DNA of 56,396 nucleotides, filler included, from Bipalium vagum (lineage: Eukaryota), in NCBI GenBank assembly GCA_037834085.1. It is 3 parts of 3 records of this genome, joined end to end, with 100 filler letters (N's around TTAATTAATTAA, not from the genome) between each part and the next. Parts side by side here need not be neighbours in the genome. Positions count along the whole stretch, not along the records: positions 17,868 to 39,252 come from JBBMKC010236140.1; positions 39,353 to 56,396 come from JBBMKC010080928.1; 1 more part is not named here. One strand, 5' to 3'. Positions 38,630-50,700 of this stretch are shown here, one piece after another. The translations under genes were made by a program, and so were the position numbers. The notes below the pieces were generated by a model that was given only the letters and a program-made list of their open reading frames with translations, made no database searches and had not been told where the DNA came from. How positions within the stretch are numbered: position 1 is the stretch's first letter; every line of letters begins with the position of its first letter.

Positions 38630-38887
38630 TATTGATAAATAAGTTTTATAAAGTGTGTTGCCTTAACCTTTATTCATAAGAAAAAATTTTTAAATTAATA
38701 AAGGTAATGTCTTTAATGTCTTTTTGTTTTATTACTTTAATTTAATGGTTATGTTAAAATCATATTTTAAATTTATTATAATATTGTGAATTAATTAATT
38801 TTTATAATTAAAATTTTCATTAGTTTAAAAATTATGAATACAGGAAATGGTATTTTAGTCGCACGAGTTTTTTAAATGTGACAGATA

Positions 38888-39252
38888 TATTGGGTGGTTG
38901 CATTAATTCTCGCTGTTTTTTAAAGAAAAAAAAAGTTAAATAAAAACTCAATATATATTTATTTTTACATGAGATGTCAAGCAAAATATTGTCCATTATT
39001 CTTTACAACATTTTCCAATTTTTCATGCAACATATATATTCCACGATAAAAAATTCTTCTTTTTTGAAATTTTTCCACCAGTCAAGTCACTGCTTAACAT
39101 CTTCATCATTAAGGAAGCGCTGTTCAGAAAGTCCTTGCTGCATTGAACGGAAAAGGTGGTAATCACATGAAAATACTGTCTGGTGAATATGGCGGGTGAG
39201 GTAAAACTTCCCATCCAAATTCTGCAATCGTGTCTTTCACTAAAATTGAGAC
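38888..39252 (-). mobile_element. mariner 3' end, cut by an assembly gap
   Basis: Minus strand [35 protein letters not shown]. TIR-like TA-TTGGGTGGTTGCATTAATTC at ~38888. Confidence 0.9.
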
Positions 39253-39352
39253 NNNNNNNNNNNNNNNNNNNNNNNNNNNNNNNNNNNNNNNNNNNNTTAA
39301 TTAATTAANNNNNNNNNNNNNNNNNNNNNNNNNNNNNNNNNNNNNNNNNNNN
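39253..39352. other. Artificial assembly linker (44 N + TTAATTAATTAA + 44 N)
   Basis: Same 100-bp structure as 17768-17867. Confidence 0.95.
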
Positions 39353-39559
39353 TCCATACTAAAAAAAATGGCTAATCAAATTAAATCATGTGTCATATAA
39401 TAATAATAAAGTGATGTATTAAAACAAAAATTTTAATGTGTTATGCTAAAATATGGTATATTAAAATAGCATAGGAATATTTGACCTTACATTGTTTTAT
39501 ATGGGCTGCTTTCAGAACTTTTCACGCAACCTATATTATGTTTGACATGTTTGGCTGTG

Positions 39560-41730
39560 TGTATGAAGAAATCTTGTATGTAGTTAAATCAGTTAAAACA
39601 TGTTATTGAAATAAATTTGGAAAATTTGTAACTATCAAAACTGCGAAATATTTTTAAAAGGCAATGGTTTTGTATCCTGGTTTAAAAGATTGAAGCTTTA
39701 ATTAACAAAAAGACACAGAAGACTGAGACTTAACAATGTAAATCAACGTGTCAGTAAAAATGCATCATTTTGGAAAAATATAATTTTTAGAAATTAAACA
39801 AGAGTTCTCATTCATAATGACATTAAATACCAATGACTTTTGATAAGAGCAAATAATCGAAAATATTGGATTGAGGAATAAGTTCATTCCGTTTATTTAA
39901 TTAATGTAAATCTCTCATTCTTTCATTGATTTTAGACTTGTTTAAATGTGTTAGTGGTGGCTAAAAAATCGTTACTCTCCATAATAATTTATTTATTCAA
40001 ACCGCTTTCTGTTTTGTTCAATTTGCTATTAAAACAAATGAAATTTTAATACTTTTCACATAAAAATTTTCGCATTTAATTCGAATATATTGAGCTTTAA
40101 AATTTATGATTGTTTTTATTAAAAATTTAATTTATACTTTTATTTAATTATTAAAATCTTTTAGCTCAATATACTGCAAATTAAATTAAAAAATTAAATA
40201 TGTTACTCAGATATTTTTAGATTCTCGCAAAATGTATTATATACATGGTATATCGTAATTTTGAATTTATAGGTAACTTTTGAATATTACTTTAACTTGT
40301 GATTTTATAATGTTTAGAAAATGAACCTCCAAGTCGAGAAGAATGAACATATCCATCTATTTCTGTTTGAATTTAATCGTGGTTCAAATGCTACTCAGGC
40401 AACCACAATCATTGGCAGTGTGTATGGGAAGAAATTCTAGATAAAACAACTAGAAAGCGATTTGCCAGGTTTTAAAGAAAAAAAAATTCTTTGGATGATG
40501 CTCCTCGCGTTGGTCGCCAAATTGAATTTGATGAGCAAAAATTATTGACCATACTCAAAGAGACCAAACCATACTCAAAAAGACCAAACAAAGCGGAAAT
40601 TGGCAGCCTGAATGAACTGTGGTCAAAAGGCTTTCCGTATCATTTGCATTCTATGGGAAGAGTTCAAAAGCTTATCGCGTGGATTCCGCACGACCTAAAT
40701 CAACAAATGATTGGGTTTCCGTTTATGCTTCTTTTCTTGAACAATACAACCCAGTTGTAAATCAACATCGCTCATTTCTCTCTTTACTCGTTACTGGGGA
40801 TAAAAAGTTGTGTTTGTACACCAATATTAAACTGCGAAGACAAAGGATTGACAAAAATGAACAACCTAGTCCTTGTTCCCAAGCGAAGTCTTCATCCTCT
40901 TAAGGTTCTGCTTTTATGATAGAAGGATTTATTCACTGGGAATTACTAGATAGGAATTCAACTATTACAGCTGATGTTTATTGACAAAATGTTCGGCGTT
41001 TGTCAGAAGCAATTTGTTTAAAACGCCTGAATACTCTTTGTGAGATTATCCTTCAACATGATAATGCCCAAATAATAATTCATCAAAATCACAAGGAATT
41101 CGGTTAGGAGGTGCTCCAACGTCCTCTCTATTCACCGGATTTGGTATCATCTGACTACCACTTGTTTCAATCACTCTCAAATAATTTGAGCTGCAGATTA
41201 TTTGAAAATGAAAGAGAATTAAAAAACTAGCCTGTCAAATGGTTTGCCTCAAGAGATTTGACTTTTTACCGCCATAGATTTTAAAAACTTGTGGATTGCT
41301 GGCAAGAAGTAATTACGAAGGAAAGAGAATATATATGTGAATAATTTTGATAAATTTGATATAAATCAAACTATTTTTAGTATTTTAAATAAATGCAAAA
41401 AACGGAATGAACCTATTCCTCAACCCAATAGTTACTGGTTATATTAAATCTCTTACTAGAGTTACTTTGTGGGGACCATTCACTACATCAGAAAAGCGAC
41501 TGATAAGTTTTCTTAATAATGGTGAGAGATATAACTTAGTCTGGTATTTAAAAACTTTAGACACATATGTTCATGTAACAGCTACTTTTGAATTTGGGAG
41601 ATCTAGTTGAATCTTGCAAAATGATGAAACTCTCTACCATCGTAGTAAGGTTGTCAACAATTGCATACAGACAAACAATTTTGAAACATTGAATGGACCA
41701 CCCTAAATCCCAGATTTATATCTTATTTTT
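39560..41730 (+). mobile_element. Degenerate Tc1 transposase split by a nested mariner
   Basis: The 5' part (to 39863) reads LTKRHRRLRL..FWKN, matching KPLLTxxHxxxRL..W. The 3' part (41431-41730) reads VTLWGPF..YLKTL..LQNDETLYHRSKVV..PP*IPDLYLI, matching VMVWG..DNAPxH..WPxxSPDLNPI. Confidence 0.7.
39866..41428 (+). mobile_element. Full-length but inactivated mariner (1563 bp)
   Basis: TA TSDs; TIR TTGG(A/G)TTGAGGAATA(A/G)GTTCATTCCGTTT. The transposase runs from ATG 40321 (MNLQVEKNEH..FEFNRG) through WIPHDL, VTGDKK, QHDNA and YSPDLVSSDYHLF, with stops and frameshifts. Confidence 0.95.
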
Positions 41731-41796
41731 ACACTAATGTTATTGAATTAAATTTTTTTTAATAAAACCATCATTGCTGATGTAATAGAAATTCTT

Positions 41797-44700
41797 CTAT
41801 AATAGTACCAACACATTAACTAACTTGTGTCGTATGTATTCTTCATAAAGATCTTTCCAACTTTTTCCGTCAATGTTCTTAAAACTCAAAATAACGGAAT
41901 CCATCGATTCCTTTTTCTTCAATCTTCCGAAATACACGACTCTGTTTCTGTTGAAAACAATGGGCTTTCTTGGGTCAATTTCAACCTTTTCTCTCATAAT
42001 ATCATTGTTGTCCTTTTGCAAGTAACGTAAATGTATCGAGCATAGGTCATTGTTAATTTCTTCAAGTTTTTCTTTGATTTCCTGAAAGAGAAAAGAAATT
42101 CTTTTAATATTAAAAATCATTATAAAATTAAATCATTATTCTTTTTTCGTATTTCTTTTTTCCGACGAAGCATATTGTACTTATAAGAGTTATATTTTTC
42201 ACGAATTATTTAACGAATGCGAGGGTGAATCAAAATTTTCCAGGACAGTATTTCAAAAATATCGTTGGGAAATACCCTCACATTCACCATACAATCCTGA
42301 CTTGGCTCCCTTAGACTTTTTCTTGATACCCGAATTGAGAAAATATCCAGGGAGTTCACTGAGAAACAATATCAAAGGTCAAAAAACTGCTTTGAAATGG
42401 TTCAGATCAAAGGATCAAAATTCTTATAAAAACGGTTTAGAACGCTGGCGAAACCGTGTGGAAAAGTGTTATGAGTTAGATGGTTAGTATGTCGAAAAAT
42501 TAATTGTTGTGTCCAATTTTGATTTTTCCTGGAATACTTTTGATTCATCCTCAAATAGAAGAAAATTAATTAAGAACCTTTCATAAAAGAAAATTCATTT
42601 CATTACCCATAAGTTCTGGTTCTGGTTTTTGTCAAGTAATCATACCTAAGTAGATCAACTCCAGTGATTTCATAATGGTCCATAAAGCTACCAAATTTTG
42701 TCCAAATGGGAGACAGAAAAGGAACTTGCCTAATTTTTTAACTCTTTTTCATTCAAGTGATTGGGTTTCACATTACAGTATTCATAATAATTGTACTCCC
42801 TCTTTTGTCAATACCAATCATATTCACAAAAACTATTTATCATTTCGTCATTATTGCACTTGTCTTTGATATAGAAAATGCTTTTGTCATGGAGATTTAC
42901 AAGGCGTTTGAAGTCACTTTAATATTTTACCTATTCTAAATGCAAGATAAACAAAAAGGATAATCGTTCATAATGCTTATTTACACTACATCAAATGAAA
43001 GCGTGCAAGGTTATAAGACATGTTCATAATGATATCCATTATCATCTTTACATATCATGAAACAAAAAATACAGGTTTATACTACTCAATCCAGAATTGA
43101 TTCATTTATGTCAAGGCAGTCTTCAACAACTATTTGATTAAACTTGATATGCGGTGACGATAAACAATTTTCTTTAGATAGCTCAACCGAAAACAGTCCA
43201 ATGGCTAAGACCTTGACTTTTATATGTCCAGCTATTCTAATCTCGACTCCAAAACAAAAACATTTTGCATTTTTTTATTTTCTTTTTTACTTTTAAGTTC
43301 CGTTTTTACTCTGATTTTTGTTTTTTCTTATATCCATTTTCTCTTTTTGATATAAATAATTTTATTAATATCAAATATACCTGGTCATTGCAATAGACTC
43401 AAGAATTACTTAGGTTGTTCCAAAAGTTTTAAGAAACAATGGTAAAAGAGACTTGTTATAATACTTTTCAAGAATTTTTGGATACAATAGGTTATGATAT
43501 GAAATATATTTCATACCATTGGCATAACACCTACGTAAAAATGAAAGTCTTTAAATTTATCGTCTTTACAATTAATAGTTGTTCAGTCAACTAATTTGAT
43601 TGAGAGTAGCAACATGTGAAGTATTTTTTTATTTACTGGCAAATAATTTATGAAATAAACTTAAATTTTATAACAAGAACATTACCAGTATTACTTAAAT
43701 CTAATTTTTGAGTTTTTTGATATTTTTTTAATATTTAACAACGGCTGCAGTTTAATTGGTATTTATTTACATTTGTTTTAATGAGCTAATTTATTTTGAA
43801 AAACGTGAATTTAAAAATATGTTTAATCAACATTGCACAATTTTTTAGGTGTCATACTGAGTCAAGTATGAAATTTGTAAAAAACGTTTATCAATAAAAT
43901 GCAAACAGAAATAATTAATCTAATCATCAAAGTTGAATTGACCTTTTCTAAATTTAGCAAACCAATTTGCCACAATGTGCTGTGTAGTTACACTGCAACT
44001 AAATACTCCATTAATATTTAGCGTGGTCTGTGATTCTGTAGTTCCTCGTAAAAATTCATATTTAATGATGATTCGAATTCCTACTTCCATTTTCAAATAA
44101 TTTTATTGTTTAAAGAATGTATATTGATCTGTTTAACATGAGAAAAATGTAAGCTTCTTAAAAAAACCGAATGCAAATATATGAACCCATTGTCAAATTA
44201 TCAGCTGTTAAAATTGACAATGTATGACCTACAAATTTCATACTTGACGACCCAATAGAACTTATTTTATGAAATAATAAATCCATTTATAGGCAATATT
44301 GGTAACATTGGAAGAAAAACTATTAGTCCAACCACCTAATATTTACTTTTTATCATTATTATAAAGATCTCCAGTAATCGTTAGATGAGAAAAAGTTTCA
44401 GGACTAACCTTATATTTTTGAATGACATCTTCTTTCTTTCGCATGTCTTCATCAAGTAAATCAATGTTTTTCGCCAGATAACTCATATCTTCTTCAAGAT
44501 AATTTTCAAAATCTGCAGTCACATGAAGGGGAGCGTCAAACAAACATTCCATGAGCGCTCGAATATTTCGGTTTCGTCTGGTAAATTTAGAATAATACGA
44601 TCCCGATTTCTTTTGAATATAATCTTCGGAGTTTTCGTAAAAGTTTCGAATATTAGCCACATTCAACTTAGATATAATCCAACTAAACCAGCTTTCGATT

Positions 44701-47700
44701 TCCTTTTTAACTACGCCCGTCAACTCAATTCCCGGAGCGAGGATGGGGGCGAAAATCTGAATAAACTTTCTTTGATAATTTGGCAGGCCGATCAGCTCAT
44801 TGAAGTCGACTTTTGTCAAATTGCACTTAATGTGATTCAGTACTGAATCAATGTGTTTGTTCATATTTTGATTGATTTCGTTCTTTTTCTTTTGATGCTC
44901 GGCGAACTGTTGAAGGAATCGGGCCAGCATTTCGTCGCAGCACTGTTTCAATATGTTTTTATTTTCTATAAATTCTTTGAAGTTTATCAAAATTCTGTTG
45001 ACTGTCAAAGTTCTGATCTCGTTGTCAATTTCATTATTTTTCGTTAAGCCAAACAAATGGGAATGGTTGTTTAAAACTTCGTTTATGACCTTCAATTTGG
45101 TTTCATTTAAACGGAAATATCTTTCAATTTCCTTCCTACATTTCTCATATTTATCTTTGACAAATTTATCATTTTGTTTTTTGAAAGATTGATTCAACAG
45201 TTTTCTGTCACTTTCCAAATTCCTCAGATTTTCGATGTATTTGGTTTTCTTTACTTTATCATCTTCTGCAAATTCTTCGGACTCGATTATGTATTCCGTT
45301 GTTTTGACAACAAAACAAAAGAGAAATCTGAATATTTGAATTTTATTAATATTTATTATTTTGTTCTTCATCTCATTTGTTTTAAATTCCCTTTTAACCA
45401 ATAGAAATTTTCGAAAAATTGTTCATTAAAACAAAACAAGTATAAAATATTCTAAATTTAAACAATACCGTTGAGCATAAATCTAAAAAAAACATTTATA
45501 TTTTATGGAAATTTAATGTCCGAAACTGTAATTCCAAAATTAAATTTATTTATACTAAAATTTTTTGAAAAATTAAAACAAAAGGATAAATAAAAAATAT
45601 TAGGTTGTTAAATAAATTCCTGTGATATTTTGATATTCATCTCTAAACAAGAAACGCAACTTATAATCGTCATCTATTCTAAGAAATTAATAACAAATTA
45701 GTCGGTGACAAAATCTCCGCCGTTGGTAACGACGTACACCAACCTGTCCACCAGTTTGTCGAAGTCATGACACCAGAAATTTTTGTGCTTAGTCACAAAG
45801 AAGTTTTTCAGCCATTTTTAAGGGTACTCATTATCGAATATAAGGCCCACCATTTTGAAAAGATGAAAATTCGTTGGAGCTAGGTTCAGAGAATATGTAT
45901 AAGAATCTCCCTATCGAGCTCTTGGACGATAACTTTAACAAAATTAGCTGTGTGGTCACAGAAAAAGAGGATTCAAAAAATATACAAAATGTGAACAAAA
46001 TAGTGCAGTTAAACAAAACAAATGAATAAAATCACGAGAAATTATGTTACAACCCAATATTAAGATTTTAAAAATATACTTACCAATTAAATTTTAATAA
46101 AGTGACATGCTTTCGGAATTTTTACACATAAGAAGGAAAAGAAATAAAATAAATACATAAAGTTTCTCAAAAATTCAAAAGTTAACATTTATTAAAGGTC
46201 ATTATTGATGTGTTTGTATATTTTAATTTAGTAAAATATGAATTGAAAGATTGTGTTTCGATGCAGATCGTTTTGTGAAGACGTTTATGATAGTTTCACC
46301 ATATTTAGAATGACAATAAACAAAATAAATTGTGAATTATAAAAATATGATAAGGTCTAAGTACAAAATATGCAATTTTATAATCTCTTAGGTTATTGAT
46401 TATTCATTATAAACATTAATGTGAATATCAAAGGTATCGACTAAAATTAAATTTCCGTAATTAATATTTTTCTTTATAATAAAATAATTAATAAATAAAA
46501 ATTATTTATTTATAAAACAATATTTTTATGATTTCCTTTAATAAGGTTTAATAAAACATTAGAAACTATTTAAAAAATTAATAATCAATAATTAAAATTT
46601 GATTGGAAGATACTTAACTTTAATTATATTAAAAAAATAGAAATCAGTATTAATAATTTTTTAATTTTTCCGATTTAATACCGTAAAAAATTTTAATTAA
46701 TTTTCTTAATTAATTTTAAATTAATTTAATTTAAAATAAATGAACATAAATTTTTCTAATTTTGAAACTTAATATTTAATTATAAATACAAAATTATTTC
46801 TTGGTAATTAAATCATATTGATTTTGACTAGATGATAACTAGGTAATAAAGTTCAGAATGTCACAAGATGTTTCGAAATTTTTTAAAAATACTATCATTG
46901 ACGTAATTTACCAAATTAAATTTTAATTTTTAATGTAATGTTCATAAATGATTATTTATTAACTATTAAATTATAACATAAAGTAAAAAAATATTTATTA
47001 CCAAATCAATAAAATGGAAATATTCTCTTAAAAATTAGAAAAATGATATAAATAAAGATAATAAAATATTTTTATTCTACGCAAACTCAAATTTTTAATT
47101 GGCATTTACAAAGAGATCATAATTCTCCTTTGCTCCATAATCGATCAATTCCTAAAATCTTAATCATTAAAACTAAAATAAAAATCAATCATTACGATTG
47201 TTTTAATAAAAAAGTTTATTTCTTTCGAGAATGGTACATCCATTTAAAGGCCCTAATCAATTTAAAACCTAATTTATTCATTAAAACAAACCCAATTTTA
47301 ATGAATTTTTTAAAGAACATTTTTATTCGAACTATTAGTTAATTGACGTTCATGATTGTAATTATAATCGTATCAAACGCAATATTTTTGGCAAACTCTT
47401 TTTATAGGTTGTCTTAAAACTCCCCTCTGAAAGCAAACTTAAACATTTTCTTTCAATTCAATCCATTCAAAATATTATTTGTATAATATTGAAGTTTGTA
47501 AGGTTGAGAAAATGGCGGCTCTTATGGGCATCAGAATAAACATTATATTTTTGATGACGAAATTTGAGTCAATTTGTGTGGTAAAAAGAAAGTTCAAAGC
47601 CGAATTTGGGAAAAATTCGAAACGTGAAAGAAGTATTAAAAAACCTTTCATCGCTTTAGTTAAACTGAATCAATAGAATATCGAGAAAGTTCTCTAAATA

Positions 47701-50700
47701 CCAACGACCACTGAAAATGAAGTTAGCAAAGATGTCAGAATTATTAACACTGAGCCACCATATAGTGTTTGGTTTGTTATAACAACCAATTATAAAAGGA
47801 CAATTATCACTGAAACCTTATAAAATACATTTCATATAAACATTGCATGAAAAAGATTTGTACGACAGCATTGAGATTACAAAACTCTGAGCCATTTAAA
47901 GCCATTGAAAGAACAAGGTATTCAAATCTGAAATTAAAAATATTGAGGATTTGAACACAAAAATCAATGAAGAAATAAAAGGTATTACACAGGAGAAACT
48001 TTGAAAAAGTATTTTTAAATCTTGTAAAAAAGGGTGCATTGGTGTATTTCAGTTAAGGGTAGTCATTTTGGACAGTTGTTGTAAATGATTCTATATGAGA
48101 TAGAACTTTAAGATTTCTGTTCACTTTAAACAGCAAGCCAGTAAATATTACAAACGGCATAAGAAACATCGAAACCAACTTTCCGCTAGAACTTTTTGGA
48201 CACCTTGTATTTGGATATAGACATTTCAAATAATTACCAAAAAAATGTTATTGTCCTTATTTGATTTTATTAATTCATTTTATACGTATTATTTGTCAAA
48301 TGCCTACTCGAAAACCGATACTGTATTTGTATTGATCGACTTCAGATGCAAATCTCGGATATGGGTCAGGATATCTTCATAATCTCGACTAATGCAATTG
48401 TTTTCCTGTAGGAAGAGTTCTCTTTTTGTGCTGAATGTCGATATTCCGGGATTAAAAATTATGCACTTCTGTTTTAACTGTGAAATAACACTTTTTCGCA
48501 ATTCTTCTTTTTCTGAAGCTCCCTGAAAAGAACTCATCACATGAAAAACCTTTATGAATGTTTACCTCTAATAAATCACACATGTTTATAATAAAGTGCA
48601 TGGCGGCACCTGGAATTCCATATTTCACCATAAAACTAATGGTTTTGGATAACTAAATAAGAAATATAAGTAATGATGTTCTGTAATTTTTTGTTGGATC
48701 CTAGGAATTATTGATAAAAAGACTGTAGCTTCTGTAGACTGCCAAGATTCGGATTGTCTCAATTAACAGCTGTTGATTTTATTTGAACAATTAATACTAA
48801 AAGGAAAGTCTTAGAATATATCTTGGCATACCTTGAATGCTCAGTACCATTTACATGTTCCAGTTTTTGATAAGGCAACCATCGGTAGGTCTTTAATCTT
48901 ATTTTAAAGAAGTCACAAAATAACTTTCCTCAGCTACAAAAACTTGAAAAATTCTTTGCTCATATTTTTAAAATTTTTAAATTTCCTCAATTTATTTAAT
49001 TAAAAAAATTAACGTAATATAATAATATTTAATAATTTATTGATTTTTATTGTGTTTTATCTTTATATATTTATATAATTTTTTTTCACTCTGGAACAAT
49101 TTAATATATTTTGAATAAGGACTTAAAGATGAAATATCAAATATGACTTCAAAATGGACAAATCCAGTAAAAGTTCAACTGCAATATTTATTGTACTCTT
49201 AAAAATGCCTGGTATTAAAAATTGAATAAAAAATACATTTTAATTGTTATTATTATATTAATATGAAATTCTCAATTGATTATTCTCTTATCTCTAATGA
49301 ATTCAAGATAAAAAGCAAAATTTGAGTCTTTACATAGAAAAAATACTAAGAACCCATATCTCACATTCTTTTTTTGGTTATGAAATCAAAGAGATACTTT
49401 TTAGCTAACATTTGAAATAATCATAACATCCGGAAAATGTTCCAAGAAAAAGTAAAGATTCTTAGAAGAAATTCAAATATTTTTATCATTGAAGATTGAT
49501 TGGAGGGTCAAGAGATTCAAAATATAATCAACCCTTTTTAGTTTTGAAATTTCTTAATTGTTTTCTTCAGTTACCATCAATTCTTCTTTTTATCTTTATG
49601 TACAATATCAATACAAAAGATGCGCGAAAGTTAAAAGTTTCAATGAAATCATTATTTTTTAACTATTATTGATTATTATTAATTGGATATATATTGGATT
49701 GATGGAAATTAATATCACTTTTTTATATTACAGATCTAGGGTCGATAAATTATCATAAAAATCTTTTATTTATTCAAAAAAGTCACTACACTTTCCACAT
49801 TGTTAAAATTTATTTATACTGTCTTTAAAAAATCCGAGTCACAGAATTCGAAAAACGATTCAAATCGATTGTTTTATGGGTCTATGAGAAGTGGCATTAT
49901 CAGGATGAAGCATAATTGAGAGTTTCGAGTTTTTTTCCTCAATTCTTTGAGGTCTTCAAGCAAGCAAACTATGGTATACAAATTCGAAGTAACTGTGCGA
50001 CGATCATCTCAAGGAATGGTAGCGACATGATTTGATTTGGCTTCAAAACAGCCAATCATTTACTTGGAGGTCTTCCGGGATCAAACAACTTTCGTTGGTA
50101 ATTTTTTAATTTTGTACATATATTTCTCGTCTTATGCAATTATTCTTTTCAAAAGATCCTCATTTCTGTGTTTTAAAAATAAAGAACAGCAAATACACAA
50201 GTGCCGAATTTTGTATTTTTGCCTAAATAATAAAGGATCCATTTCTGAGGCTTTTTGACTAAACAATTAGTCTTATTTAATTGATAAATTAATGAAACAA
50301 AGCTTAAGATATCATTCCAGATTAACAAACATTTTCAAATCGTTTTATTTTAAAGATAAATCTTTCGGAATATTTTTCTTTGAGAAATGTCTATGAAAAA
50401 GCAATACTACTTTTCCTTCAACCATGATTGGTAATGTAGAAATCTTAACGTAGACGTATAATTAACGAAAGTAGTAAATAAGGCAACCAAACTTTGAGAC
50501 ATCTTAAAACTCACAGTTTACCTACAGGATCTTTGGTGATCCTATACTTTAGTGACGCAAAAGTATGTCAAATTAATTTTCACTTATATAGTATAATATT
50601 TAATTTTTAGGTTAACTAAAATAATTATAATATTTTTAATTAAATAAATTTATATTTTATAACACATATTGACTATTTACAGTATTTATAAAACATAAAA

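Noticed and set aside
44343-45401. 352-aa ORF as a standalone gene
   Set aside because: Its ends are intronic; 45327-44409 is exon 7 of the GTPase gene.
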